Assembly (NCBI RefSeq): GCF_001194135.2 | Contig: NC_068987.1 | Coordinates: forward strand, 6,404,442 to 6,437,287 | Direction of reading: 5' to 3' | From: Octopus bimaculoides | Lineage: Eukaryota | DNA length: 32,846 nt | Shown here: in pieces, positions 21,265 to 32,846 of the stretch | Layout of the letters: every line of letters starts with the position of its first letter | Position numbering within the stretch: the stretch's first letter is position 1 | Made by a program: the position numbers and the translations under genes | The notes under the pieces: generated by a model | Told to the model about the DNA's origin: nothing | The model's input: only the letters and a program-made list of their open reading frames with translations | Database searches by the model: none

Positions 21265-21819
21265 AAATCCAGACAGATATCAATAGATCACTCAGAATTT
21301 GAATGATATTTTGTGTATGTTGAATTAACAAAAACGATCATTACATACATACATACATACATACATACACACACACACATACATACATGATGTGTATATA
21401 TATAGGAAAATTATGAAAAACTCATGATGCAGTTTATACCATTTTTACCACGCCATTGTGGCTATTTGTATCCTCTGAATCGGTTGTTTACAGAACAATT
21501 GGATGTCGATCCACAACACTTCTTCAGAGCAACACTTTATAGCATTTTGCTGACACTGATCAAATGCTTCTAGTTTGACACATGGCGATAGTTTTTATCA
21601 TAACTAGGAATGCTACAAAGTTTCAATAGTAACCACATCAATATATTAGTTGTAGACTGGAGGATGATACTCTATGTGGGGCTCCAGTTGTCGTACAGCT
21701 GGCTGCACACACGGGAAATAGTGTGTGTATGTAGGAAGTTATTATCTCTTGATTTTAAATCCTCAATCAAATATTTATATTTATTTAATCACATATTTAA
21801 TCAAACATTTATGCTTATT

Positions 21820-21880
21820 CATATCCTAGATCCGATATCGTATATATGACATATCCTAGATCCGATATCGTATATATGAC
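21820..21880. repeat. Exact 30-bp tandem duplication
   Basis: ATATCCTAGATCCGATATCGTATATATGAC twice. Confidence 0.95.
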
Positions 21881-22214
21881 AGACATGTTGATTAAAACAC
21901 TGAGATTTTAATCTGTTGTGTAATACGATATGTTCCACAGTAATATCCTTGAGTCTTTGTTCTTTTTTTTTTTTGGTATGCCCAGAATTGAACATAAAGC
22001 ATTAATGTGTGTGCTGGTGTTTCTACGTATGTATGTGTGTGTGTATGAATGTATGTATGTGTGTATGCATGATGTATGTATGATTGTATTTAGTATGTAT
22101 GCATGTATGTATGTATGTATGTATGTATGCAATGTGTGTATGTACGCATATATAAATATGATTGCATGTGTGTGTGTGTATGATTGTTCTCTCTAGTTTT
22201 TTAATTATTCGAAA

Positions 22215-22236
22215 TTTTCTTCTTCTTCTTATTCTT

Positions 22237-22301
<65 letters not shown>

Positions 22302-22480
22302 AACTCGGAATCTTGCGGTTAGTAGCCCGTGCTCTTAACCACTATGCCATATGCCCGTGGGCAATTATAGAGTGAATTTTAGGGCTTATAAATCTAATAG
22401 ATTTATAAGCCCTAAAATATTAGATTTATAAGCCCTAAAATTCACTCCATAAATGCCCACGGGCATATGGCATAGTGGTT
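22215..22480 (-). mobile_element. Family H head region (tRNA-like) with (AAT)n/(AAG)n, in head-to-head palindrome
   Basis: Minus strand GCATATGGCATAGTGGTTAAGAGCACGGGCTACTAACCGCAAGATTCCGAG. Inverted arms 22337-22399 / 22418-22480 match at 61 of 63 positions. Confidence 0.85.
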
Positions 22481-23462
22481 CTCCGAGGAAAAAGACTTCA
22501 AATAATTTATAATAGCACAGACAACGACCAATATAGATACATGCGATGTGGTATTATTCAGAAACAGGCAGTGAAATCTGACCTACAACTTCCAAATTTA
22601 TTTTATCAATGACTTGATGAACGCAGCAAAAATCTGTAAAAAATTGTTTAAAATCTTTATTTTTTAATTATTTTTTTTTTACTTTGAACAGTATTTGAAA
22701 TTGCAGCCGGAATCTAATAATACATATCATTCAAATGTAGGTGTATGTCAACATATACATACATTTAGCCAGCCATTCCATAAATACTTGCGTTGTTCAT
22801 AGAACGTTGAGAATGTTGTCAAATGAAACTGTCATTCCGACTAGGTAGGTTGCTGTACGTCATTATCATTGTTTCCAGTGGGAATATCTTCTCACAAGAA
22901 TTCGACCAAAGAGACAAAAAAAAAAAAAGAAAGAGAGAGAGAGGAGGAGCAGGAAGAGTGAGTTAGTGAAAGCGTCAGAAGAATATCAAAGTCCAACCGA
23001 TCGGTGATTCTAACTAGAAATAGCTCACCTAGCTCCTAAATGTTAAATTCTATTTTTAATTCACCTGTAGAAAATGTATTTTTTTTCACACGAAGTCATT
23101 GATTTGTTCATCAAAAAAAAAAAAAAAAACGTTTGAAACGGCTGTAGTGAATCTCAACCTATTTGTATTATTATATATACGTCTGAGGAAGTAAGATAAT
23201 AGACTCATACAAATGGGGCTCAGGTTGACTTGCTGCCCAAACTTCAGCTGGAACTGCGACTAAAAACGTAATGAGGTTATTAGCTGCCTAATAAAGATTA
23301 CCAAAAGGTAGGCTTTCAATGGAGCTGTACAGCAATAATAGTAAAATCAGGCAAAACAACTGGTATCAAGATAGATTATGGCATTTATATATTTAAATAT
23401 TGACATAACTTGAGGGTAGAAATGAATATTACAAGAGTTTAAATCACAAGAGGCCGATCAGT

Positions 23463-23662
23463 TGAGGAATTATTTACATTATTTACATTATTTACATTTG
23501 ACCGATATTTGTCCTCATCTTGTTTGTTGTCAACACAATGTTTCGGCTGATATACCTTACAGCCTTCATCAGGTGTCTTGGGGAAATTTCAAACCTGGGT
23601 TCTCATTCCTAAGATATTTTTCGATGTTGTTGTTGTTGTTGTTGTTGTTATTATTGTTATTA

Positions 23663-23697
<35 letters not shown>

Positions 23698-23779
23698 GTT
23701 ATTATTCAGGTCACTGCCTGGAATCGAACTCGGAATCTTGGGGTTAGTAGCCCGCGCTCTTAACCACTACGCCATATGC
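23463..23779 (-). mobile_element. Most complete family H copy: tRNA-derived head, (AAT)n(AAC)n, hammerhead, (ATGTAAATA)n tail
   Basis: A box TGGCGTAGTGG and B box GTTCGATTCC; HHR at 23532-23577; tail AATGTAAATAATGTAAATAATGTAAATAATTCCTCA. An inverted stub of the head end lies at 23779-23792 before a gap. Confidence 0.9.
23532..23577 (-). ncRNA. Type I hammerhead (family H) with one helix III mismatch
   Basis: GACAC CTGATGA A GGCTG-TAAGGTATAT-CAGCC GAAAC AT T GTGTT. ACGT is replaced by ACAT, consistent with CpG decay. Confidence 0.75.
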
Positions 23780-24709
23780 AGTGACCTGAATANNNNNNNN
23801 NNNNNNNNNNNNNNNNNNNNNNNNNNNNNNNNNNNNNNNNNNNNNNNNNNNNNNNNNNNNNNNNNNNNNNNNNNNNNNNNNNNNNNNNNNNNNNNNNNNN
23901 NNNNNNNNNNNNNNNNNNNNNNNNNNNNNNNNNNNNNNNNNNNNNNNNNNNNNNNNNNNNNNNNNNNNNNNNNNNNNNNNNNNNNNNNNNNNNNNNNNNN
24001 NNNNNNNNNNNNNNNNNNNNNNNNNNNNNNNNNNNNNNNNNNNNNNNNNNNNNNNNNNNNNNNNNNNNNNNNNNNNNNNNNNNNNNNNNNNNNNNNNNNN
24101 NNNNNNNNNNNNNNNNNNNNNNNNNNNNNNNNNNNNNNNNNNNNNNNNNNNNNNNNNNNNNNNNNNNNNNNNNNNNNNNNNNNNNNNNNNNNNNNNNNNN
24201 NNNNNNNNNNNNNNNNNNNNNNNNNNNNNNNNNNNNNNNNNNNNNNNNNNNNNNNNNNNNNNNNNNNNNNNNNNNNNNNNNNNNNNNNNNNNNNNNNNNN
24301 NNNNNNNNNNNNNNNNNNNNNNNNNNNNNNNNNNNNNNNNNNNNNNNNNNNNNNNNNNNNNNNNNNNNNNNNNNNNNNNNNNNNNNNNNNNNNNNNNNNN
24401 NNNNNNNNNNNNNNNNNNNNNNNNNNNNNNNNNNNNNNNNNNNNNNNNNNNNNNNNNNNNNNNNNNNNNNNNNNNNNNNNNNNNNNNNNNNNNNNNNNNN
24501 NNNNNNNNNNNNNNNNNNNNNNNNNNNNNNNNNNNNNNNNNNNNNNNNNNNNNNNNNNNNNNNNNNNNNNNNNNNNNNNNNNNNNNNNNNNNNNNNNNNN
24601 NNNNNNNNNNNNNNNNNNNNNNNNNNNNNNNNNNNNNNNNNNNNNNNNNNNNNNNNNNNNNNNNNNNNNNNNNNNNNNNNNNNNNNNNNNNNNNNNNNNN
24701 NNNNNNNNN

Positions 24710-24749
<40 letters not shown>

Positions 24750-25550
24750 TCATACATACATACATATATATGTATACATGCGCGTGCGTGTGTGAGTGTG
24801 TGCTCGTTTATCTTTATAGCAGAGTGGATGGAAATCCTTTGGCAAGAGACACCTGAGGATAAAAACAGATTAATAGCGAGATTAAATTAAATCAATATTA
24901 TTGTGATTACAATTACTATTTGGTCGTCTGCAACTATACATACATGAATGTCTGCGTATAATTTACATATTCAAACGTTCATATGTATATGCGTGTGCGC
25001 TCGTCTATATGTTTGTGTATGAGTATTCGTGTGTGTATGTGTGTATCTATGCAACAAAGCCTCTCTAAGGTGGAATCCCTTACATAAGTATTACCTTTAC
25101 CAGAGTTTCAATGAAGGATAATCACGCAATATTCAATGTATGGTATAATACAAACAACAAAAAACATCATGGACAAGAAAGCAAGAACTCTTTAGCAAGT
25201 TGAACCTTACCAGAATGAAGGAGAACTTAGAACAAAGAGCACACAAAATAGAAAAGACTGACTGGCAACAAGCAGATCAGACGCCATATATATATATATT
25301 AATAGAATGGTGTGGATTCAAAGCGTCGACTTCGGGCGTTACTACCCGTCAGTCAACCAGTTTGGCCTATACATTTTTTCTCTCAACCTTTGTTCCACTG
25401 CACCAGATTTTAAGTATTTTATGTCTAAATGTAGTTTATCACTAGTCAAACATACATACATACATATATATATAGATATATATAAATTAATAGAATGAGA
25501 TAAGAGAACCCAAGGCTGTGAATAGTTTTCACAACATTTATAAAGAGAAG

Positions 25551-25598
25551 GTCTTACAGCTGTTTCCGGGATATTTTTTATATCCCTTCATCAGAGAC
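25551..25598 (-). ncRNA. Type I hammerhead ribozyme motif (separate family), near intact
   Basis: GTCT CTGATGA A GGGATAT-AAAAA-ATATCCC G GAAAC AGCT GT A AGAC. Helix I 4 bp, helix II 7 bp, palindromic helix III ACAGCTGT, GUA cleavage triplet; A.G apposition at the base of helix II. Confidence 0.75.
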
Positions 25599-25745
25599 GG
25601 TGCGAGAAAATGTTTAAGTAATAGTTATTATAGAGAAGATACGAAATACAGAGTGAAGTGGAGGAATGAAAACAGACGTGAGATACGTGAGGATATTGTA
25701 TTTGCAGTTCCATTATTTAAGCAAAATGGTGTATATATAAGTTTC

Positions 25746-25815
<70 letters not shown>

Positions 25816-26130
25816 TGTATGTATGTATGTATGCACTCACAAAAATATACACATGCTCATATTGTTTTTATTAGTATTCTTTTAGGTTTTACTGACATAA
25901 TGCATTATTACAAAATAAAGCGAAACTCCACGTTAATCTCTCCTACATCATCTCTGAAAGATACAAGAGATAATCGCTATGATATGATAAAATATTTTAA
26001 TATTTTACTTCAGAACTAAGGTTTGATTTTTTCCCCCTAATATCAAACCACCACCACCACCACCACCANNNNNNNNNNNNNNNNNNNNNNNNNNNNNNNN
26101 NNNNNNNNNNNNNNNNNNNNNNNNNNNNNN

Positions 26131-26192
<62 letters not shown>

Positions 26193-26371
26193 AACAACTG
26201 ATGCTGCTCTCATAACGGTTGGTCTTATTTCGTTTCTTTAATATCAATGGTAAACAGAATAGTCGCGTTTTAAAAATATATATTTTTTTAGTTTCAGTGT
26301 TCATATATTATTTATTTTTCTACTTTCGCCTCTACTTCTAGTGCTAATAGTCCTGAATAGCAATAATATAC

Positions 26372-26590
26372 TTTCTAATTTTGGCACAAGGCCAGCAATT
26401 TTGAAGGGTTGGTGTAAGTCGGTTATATCGATCCCCAATGCTCAACTGGTACTTATTGCATCGACCCCGAAAGAATGAAAGGCAAAAATCTACCTTGGTG
26501 GAATTTGAACTCAGATCGCACAGAGTGCGAAGAAATGCCGCCAAGCATTCCGTCTGAGTCGCTAACAATACTACCAGCTCGCTACCTTAA
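26372..26590 (-). mobile_element. SINE family A-related copy
   Basis: TTGGCACAAGGCCAGCAATTTT...CTGGTACTTATTGCATCGACCCCGAAAGAATGAAAGGCAAA...ATTTGAACTCAGA...CCAGCTCGC. Confidence 0.75.
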
Positions 26591-26599
26591 TTTAAGTTC

Positions 26600-26985
26600 A
26601 CATTCAAGGAAACGCTGGAAATGTCGTAGCCTCACAGTATGTCTGCGCATCATCAGCTACGTCAAGCCCAGTTCTCCATACAACGGAGCACCTGACCTGT
26701 AGAATCTGTCCCTTTCGCAGAAAGCGAAAGAGCAGACATACCAGTCCGGTTTAGACGTGAACTGGGGGTAAGGTAACGACGATTAAGCAGTAATATATGG
26801 CGGAGGTGATGTGAGTGTTCGTTACCCCTGTTCGACCTTTCTTGGGTAGCTGTCTATCGGGCCTTTCTGGATGAGGCCGGCCGCCTTGCTCGCTACCTCG
26901 TCCCAATTCTCCTCCACTTGGAAACCAGGCTCCACCTAGACTCCGGTCAATCTAACCGTTTGGCGCCCTACGCTGGACCAGCTCC
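26600..26985 (-). pseudogene. Tx1/L1-clade LINE ORF2 fragment (RT thumb / post-RT region)
   Basis: With frameshifts: QVEENWDEVASKAAGLIQK / DRQLPKKGRTGVTNTHITSAIYYCLIVV...LLFRFLRKG...VR / MRRHTVRLRHFQRFL. Resembles the conserved NW..V..K...W..R.LS..GR...N...S...Y...LF.FLWKG pattern. Confidence 0.72.
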
Positions 26986-27099
26986 TCATTTGTTTAAACT
27001 ATGTTTCTGAAGTATCTGCAGTCACTTGCTTAAATCTCATTATTTTCCCTTTCTGTTTGTCATTATTTAAAATTTGTTATCACTTTTAGAAATCGTTTT

Positions 27100-27235
27100 C
27101 TTGAGACAAGTGGTTAAGGTGTTGAACTCAAGATCGTGAGATCGCGGTTTCGATTTCTAGATCGGCTGCGCGTTGTGTTCTTCTGCAAAACTCTTCATTT
27201 TTACGTTGCTGCAGTTCACTCAGCTGGAAATCTAT
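27100..27235 (+). mobile_element. tRNA-derived SINE head (further subfamily)
   Basis: AGTGGTTAAGGTGTTGAACTC...GGTTTCGATTTC...CGTTGTGTTCTT...TTGCTGCAGTTCACTCAGCTG. Related fragment on the minus strand at about 8995-9040. Confidence 0.6.
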
Positions 27236-27254
27236 GTGACGGATCAGTGTACAA

Positions 27255-27385
27255 GTTTCAGATGGTGACCCAGGAAAGTCACCCGAACGGAGGTCTTCCG
27301 AGCCACATTTGGAATTCAAGGTTCAGACGGTGACCCAGGAAAGTCACGCGAACGGTGGTCTTGCGAGTCACGTTTGGAGTTCAGT
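27255..27385. repeat. Two-copy 65-bp tandem repeat with internal hairpins
   Basis: GGTGACCCAGGAAAGTCAC starts at 27264 and 27329; each unit contains GTGAC-8nt-GTCAC. Confidence 0.85.
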
Positions 27386-28164
27386 GATCGAAAGGACGAA
27401 TAGTACAACCCGTACTGTGAATCCCGACTGGTTGCGGTTGGTTGTTCAACCACATCGAAGGATGATGATGAGTACCACACTTCTAGTTAGCAACTTTCAC
27501 CACAACACCAGAAGAAATCATGTTAAAGTACAAGTGATGGAATATTTACAAAAATACGAAATGAATGGAGCCCCCCACCACACACAACCCCCCCCCCCAA
27601 AAAAAAACCCTATTTTTTTTTACTCTAAGATAAACAATTCATGGAGACTGGATGCGTTGCAGTGTGTTTCTAATAAAATGGCGGAATATTTAATTCGTCT
27701 CCATATGAATGTCTGTCACAGTACATACATCATGAATATTTTGAGATTCTATTACGGGAAATATTGTCAAAACGTTCCGGTAATCAATAAATATCATCGC
27801 CCAGGAAAATTTTCCTTTTGCTATCTTCAGTTACGACTTTCCTGATCAGCAATTAATCTTTGCAGCTATGGAAAATTTTCTGCTGTTCTGCTAATATATT
27901 GCAATTATTATTATATTTTTTTCTTTTTTGCAGTTGTGCATGTTTATTTTGTATATGAAGGGAATGTTTTTAGAAATTGTTGTTAAGCAGGCTTTTGGTC
28001 TCTGTTCACAGACATCAGTTACATTTGGATTTAGGATAATATAATAGTTCTTCGTTCAATGATTCATTTTAGTACCGTTTATGACTTTTCATCGAAGTAA
28101 TAAATATCATTTCAAAAATGTTCCGTGAACCTGTTAAATATTTTAACCAAGAGTTTGGTTTCAT

Positions 28165-28365
28165 TATTTATTCAAGGACCAAATCAGCGAGCTGGTTGAA
28201 TCGTTAGCACGCCGGGCGAAATGCTTAGCGCTATTTCGTCTACCATTATGCTCTGAGTTCAAATTCCGCCGAGATCGACAAATTAAGTACCAGTTACGCA
28301 CTGGGGTCGATGTAATGGACCATTCCCCTTCCCCCAAAATTTTCAAGGTCTTGTGCCTAATGTAG
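28165..28365 (+). mobile_element. SINE family A with internal deletion
   Basis: GCGAGCTGGTTGAATCGTTAGCACGCCGGGCGAAATGCTTAGC...GAGTTCAAATTCCGCCGAGATCGAC; the CTTTCATCC segment is absent. Confidence 0.85.
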
Positions 28366-28374
28366 AAATAATTA

Positions 28375-28590
28375 TTTATTCAAGGCCCAAGGCGGCGAGC
28401 TGGCAGAATCGTTAGCACGCCGGGCGAAATGCTTAGTGGTGTTTGTCTATCTTTACGTTCTGAGTTCAAATTTAGCCAAGGTCGACTTTGACTTTCATCC
28501 TTTCGGAGTCGATAAATTAAGTACCAGTTGCATACTGGGGTCGATGTAATCGACTGTCCCCCCTTCCACCAAATTTCGGGCCTTTTATAT
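28375..28590 (+). mobile_element. SINE family A, tandem to the previous copy
   Basis: AAGGCGGCGAGCTGGCAGAATCGTTAGC...GTCGACTTTGACTTTCATCCTTTCGGAGTCGATAAATTAAGTACCAG. Confidence 0.9.
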
Positions 28591-28794
28591 TTAAAAAAAT
28601 TCTGGATGCTGCGGTTTTATGAAGTCTTTCTGTCTTGTTAAAAGCACGAAACAGGGAATGGTAAAACAGTCGACAACTGATGAGGAGTTATCCTCTTTCG
28701 ATAATTTGTCCTGTTCTTATCTTTCGTATGTTTACATATTTTTCACTCGTTGCTGAAGTTCTGTGCTTAATGTGTATTATATATATATATATGA

Positions 28795-28965
28795 CGACCG
28801 GTGTTAGCTTGTTTGTGTGTCTGTGACTTAATGGGCCCGGAAAAAGATACTGACTGAATAAGTGCCAAACTTTTTTTTTTTTAAATAAGTACTGGGGGCG
28901 ATTTGTTGATCTACGTCCTTCAAGGCCGTACCTAAGCATGGCCGTAGTCCAATGACTGAAACGTG
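28795..28965 (+). mobile_element. SINE family B 3' part, diverged
   Basis: AAAAGATACTGACTGAATAAGT...AAGTACTGGGGGCGATTTG...AGCATGGCCGTAGTCCAATGACTGAAAC. Confidence 0.65.
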
Positions 28966-29399
28966 TGTGTGTGTGTATGTAAGATCTATTTTCATAACCA
29001 TTTTACGTAAAAGCAACGTAACAATAACTATTATAAAACAATAGTAGTAGTAGTAGTAGTAGTAGTTTTATAAGACAATGGCATATATCCAGAGATAGAC
29101 AGACAGTGAGGAGAGAGGGAGAGAGAATGTCAAAAAACATGAAAGAAAGCAGTAACAAATACATGAACATCAACATCAACAAGAGAAACAAACAGTTATT
29201 ACAGCGAAAGTAACCTTTCTTGCCCCCCTCCTTCGCCCACCACTAATCGAGTGCCAGATTTGCCCTTCCACCCTCGCTATATAATCGCTGCAGACGAACC
29301 AAGTAGGCAGGTATTCTTGACTCGCGAAGAACAGAACCATGTGTGATAGAAGTTCGTTTTGGAATGTGTGAAGAAGCTATGGCGCGCGTCGATACCATG

Positions 29400-29875
<476 letters not shown>

Positions 29876-29989
29876 AATGAGATGTTAATAACGACCACGG
29901 CAACAGTAGTAACAACAGCAATAATATCAACAAAAACAACAAAAACAACAACAACAACAACAACAACATCGATAGCAAGAACAACAACA

Positions 29990-30285
29990 TTTAAGGCAGG
30001 GAACTGGCAGACTCGTCAGCACACCGGACAAAACGCTTAGTGGTTTTTTCTTTCGGCTTTACGTCCTAAGTTTCAAATTCCGCTCAGGTCAACTTTGCAT
30101 TTCGTCTTTTCGAGGTCGATAAGTACCAGCTATAAACTGGGGTCGATGTAATCAACTAGACTCGCCTCCAAAATTTCAGGCCTTGTGCCTATAGTAGAAA
30201 GGATTATCGGACGAAATGCTTAGTGGATCAAATTCTGCTGAGGTCAACTTTGCCTTTCATCATTGTGGGGTCGATAAAATGAAAA
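29990..30285 (+). mobile_element. SINE family A copy plus a partial tandem copy
   Basis: AAGGCAGGGAACTGGCAGACTCGTCAGCAC...TTTCAAATTCCGC...GGGGTCGATGTAATC; second partial copy at about 30210-30285. Confidence 0.75.
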
Positions 30286-30295
30286 TTAATTACAG

Positions 30296-30680
30296 TTGTT
30301 GTTGGCACTCCGTCGCTTACGACGTCGAGGGTTCCAGTTGATCCGATCAACCGAACAGCCTGCTCGTGAAATTAATGTGCAAGTGGCTGAGCACTCCACA
30401 GACACGTGTACCCTTAACGTAGTTCTCGGGGATATTCAGCGTGACACAGTGTGACAAGGCTAACCCTTTGAATTACGGGCACAACAGAAACAGGAAGTAA
30501 GAGCGAGAGAAAGTTGTAGTGAAAGAGTACAGCAGGGTTCGCCACCATCCCTGCCGGAGCGTCGTGGAGCTTTAGGTGTTTTCGCTCAATAAACACTCAC
30601 AACGCCTGGTCTGGGAATCGAAACCGCGATCCTATGACCGCGAGTCCGTTACCCTAACCACTGGGCCATTGCGCCTCCAC
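30296..30680 (-). mobile_element. tRNA-derived SINE (family C), near full length
   Basis: Minus strand GTGGAGGCGCAATGGCCCAGTGGTTAGGG (A box), GGTTTCGATTCCC (B box), about 300-bp body ending ...CGGAGTGCCAACAACAAC. Confidence 0.85.
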
Positions 30681-30687
30681 CTAACTA

Positions 30688-30893
30688 CAGTAATCTCACG
30701 ACATATCGCGGTTCACCTATTGTGCACTCAGAATATCGCGGATTTTCCTGGCTATTATATGTAAATTTATGTCGCGGACGCCTCAGTATATCGCGGGTAT
30801 CTGCGGCCGATAGGTATTTGTATTTTTTCAGATTTTAATTATTTCTGCAGGACGTTTTGGAACGTTACACCCGCGATAGTCGAAGGATTACTG
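30688..30893. mobile_element. Tc1/mariner-pogo (Tigger-like) MITE, 206 bp
   Basis: Imperfect TIRs CAGTAATCTCACGACATATCGCGG / CCGCGATAGTCGAAGGATTACTG with TA on both sides (30686-30687 and 30894-30895). Confidence 0.85.
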
Positions 30894-31044
30894 TACCAGT
30901 TCAGCCCTGGGCTCGATGTAATCAACTAGTTCCCACACCCGAAACATTTCAGGCCTTGTGTCTATTTTTGGAAAGGGGGGAAAATAACAGTAACAACGGC
31001 AATACCCAAGAAGGACAACAACAACAATAGTAAATAACTTTCTC

Positions 31045-31140
31045 GGATTTTGGCAATAAGGTGGACAATTTAAGAGGAAGGGGGCCAGTCGATTAGATCC
31101 ACCCAGTACGCAACTGGTACTTAATTTATCGACCCCGAAG
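31045..31140 (-). mobile_element. SINE family A 3' fragment
   Basis: GTCGATTAGATCCACCCAGTACGCAACTGGTACTTAATTTATCGACCCCGAA. Confidence 0.7.
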
Positions 31141-32004
31141 GAACAAATATATATATATATATATATATAATTAAGGGATCAGCTTTTTTAGCTGCTATTT
31201 CTGAACTTCGGTATATGGTGAAGCAAATGCTTGCTGATCCCTTAATTATGTTTATAAATATATGGGAACTTTTAAATAAGTTCTCCACCGATAATGGTGC
31301 TTACATACCGAAGGGCTTGGTAAAAATTATTAATTGTTGATTTATTAATAAATTAATAAATTGATAAATCTTTACCCTTTTAATNNNNNNNNNNNNNNNN
31401 NNNNNNNNNNNNNNNNNNNNNNNNNNNNNNNNNTATATATATATATATATATGAGATTTTGAATTTGGTGCACGGACCCCCATGTACTTCTTTTGCGGAC
31501 TATTTTCTTTTTCTTTTATCCAGATTTTTTTACGTGTTAATTATGAGAAAAATTTGGTTGGTATTTTCGTTAGTCCGAAATATGCAGAAGCTCCTCACAG
31601 AAAAAGTGAAACTGTGTCGATTTGTCGATGATTAATGCTGTCCAACCACTTAATTCATCGATCTCGGTAAATATGAAAACGCAATGTTGGTATTAGTTTG
31701 ACAGGAAAATGCAGTCGAACATGTGTACCGCATGTTTCAGTGTATCGCTTTTTATGGGTTTTCACACTTTTCCACTGTTACCTCGACAGTCATACAAACG
31801 TTAGATGTAACCATGTATGGCTAACAGTAGAACTGTAACGTGTCAATAAACACGTTACACTTCCCTGATGACAGATCCGTGAAACCGAACCTCTCGTCTG
31901 GTTTCTGTGGCTAGGATTCGTATTACATTTTCCTATAAATTTATGTCTATGTCATAACTACTATATATATATTCGCTAAATCATCCATAGATTTTTATGG
32001 TGAA

Positions 32005-32158
32005 TACATATGTACTGACAGAACATTAAGTCCAGAATCAGCCGAATCGAGCGATCCCTATCTATGACGCTACGGAAATAGCCGAAACTGACCGATCAGT
32101 ATAAGGAATTCTCGACCGCTGTTTTCGGGCAATTACAGTCCATGTCAGTACATACGTA
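32005..32158. mobile_element. Small MITE-like element (154 bp)
   Basis: TACATATGTACTGACA (32005-32020) is inverted to TGTCAGTACATACGTA (32143-32158), 15 of 16 matching. Confidence 0.5.
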
Positions 32159-32801
32159 TACAGCTATGTGCTTTAACTACACCATTAGAGCATTTTAGCT
32201 CTTATTTCTAGCAATGTAGGTGTTCCGAGTCATATTTAATGACTATTATAGTTTTCATTTTTGGTTTTACATTGCACATGGCTGTCTATATTAATTATAT
32301 GTATATATATAGTTGAAAAATATCGTTATCGGTATAAAAATACCATGACCAATTATAGAAAAATGGAGGAGAAAAAGATGTTGAATCAAAATTAGATTAA
32401 ATACAAAATAGAATTCAATACATACGCGCGTTTCAAAGGACGATACAAAAAAGTAAGAAAAAAAATTATAACCATAATAATAATAATTAAATTTATGCAT
32501 TGTTATTTTCATCAGTGTGAGGAATTTTTGTAAGGACAACATCTTTTTCGCCTCCATTTTTGTATAACTCTTTATGGTATATTTATACCTATAAGGATAT
32601 TTTTCAACTATTATTTTCATATTCTTATTACTTGCTCTGGCTGTTTTTTTTAATGAATATGATAAATCTCACTCGCTCGCTCACTCACTCACTCACTCAC
32701 ACACATATACACACACACACAAACACACACAAACACACATACACACACATATATATTGGGTGATCTCAGATCAAGTCAATTGCTATGCAAGTACATCTCC
32801 G

Positions 32802-32846
<45 letters not shown>

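Noticed and set aside
23700-23779. tRNA gene
   Set aside because: A and B boxes are present but the acceptor and T stems do not pair properly; it is a SINE head. The same applies to 30600-30680.
28640-28720. Hammerhead at CTGATGAGGAG
   Set aside because: A GAG/CTC stem is followed by TTTCGATA rather than GAAA; the upstream GAAAC...GTC arrangement gives no valid helix I.

Overview
Repeat-dominated, AT-rich eukaryotic intergenic or intronic DNA from a gapped draft assembly (about 3.6 kb of N in 13 gaps). The SINE families and microsatellite load suggest a cephalopod (octopus-like) genome; this is an inference. No intact host protein-coding gene is supported, and most of the ORF track is microsatellite or gap artefact. 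Recognisable content: many copies of at least 5 tRNA-derived or other SINE-like families; decayed fragments of a Penelope-like RT (1520-1905), two Tx1/L1-type LINE pieces (527-1372, 26600-26985), an RTE-like 3' end and a Tc1/mariner transposase N-terminus; and hAT and pogo/Tigger-type MITEs with TIRs and TSDs. The main signal is a high density of minimal type I hammerhead-ribozyme (HHR) motifs (about 9, from several unrelated repeat families), most with palindromic helix III of the dimer-dependent Penelope type. One family fuses a tRNA-derived Pol III head, an internal trinucleotide microsatellite and an HHR tail, and occurs as inverted (fold-back) structures at all three loci. It is a candidate ribozyme-bearing, possibly Penelope-mobilised SINE.
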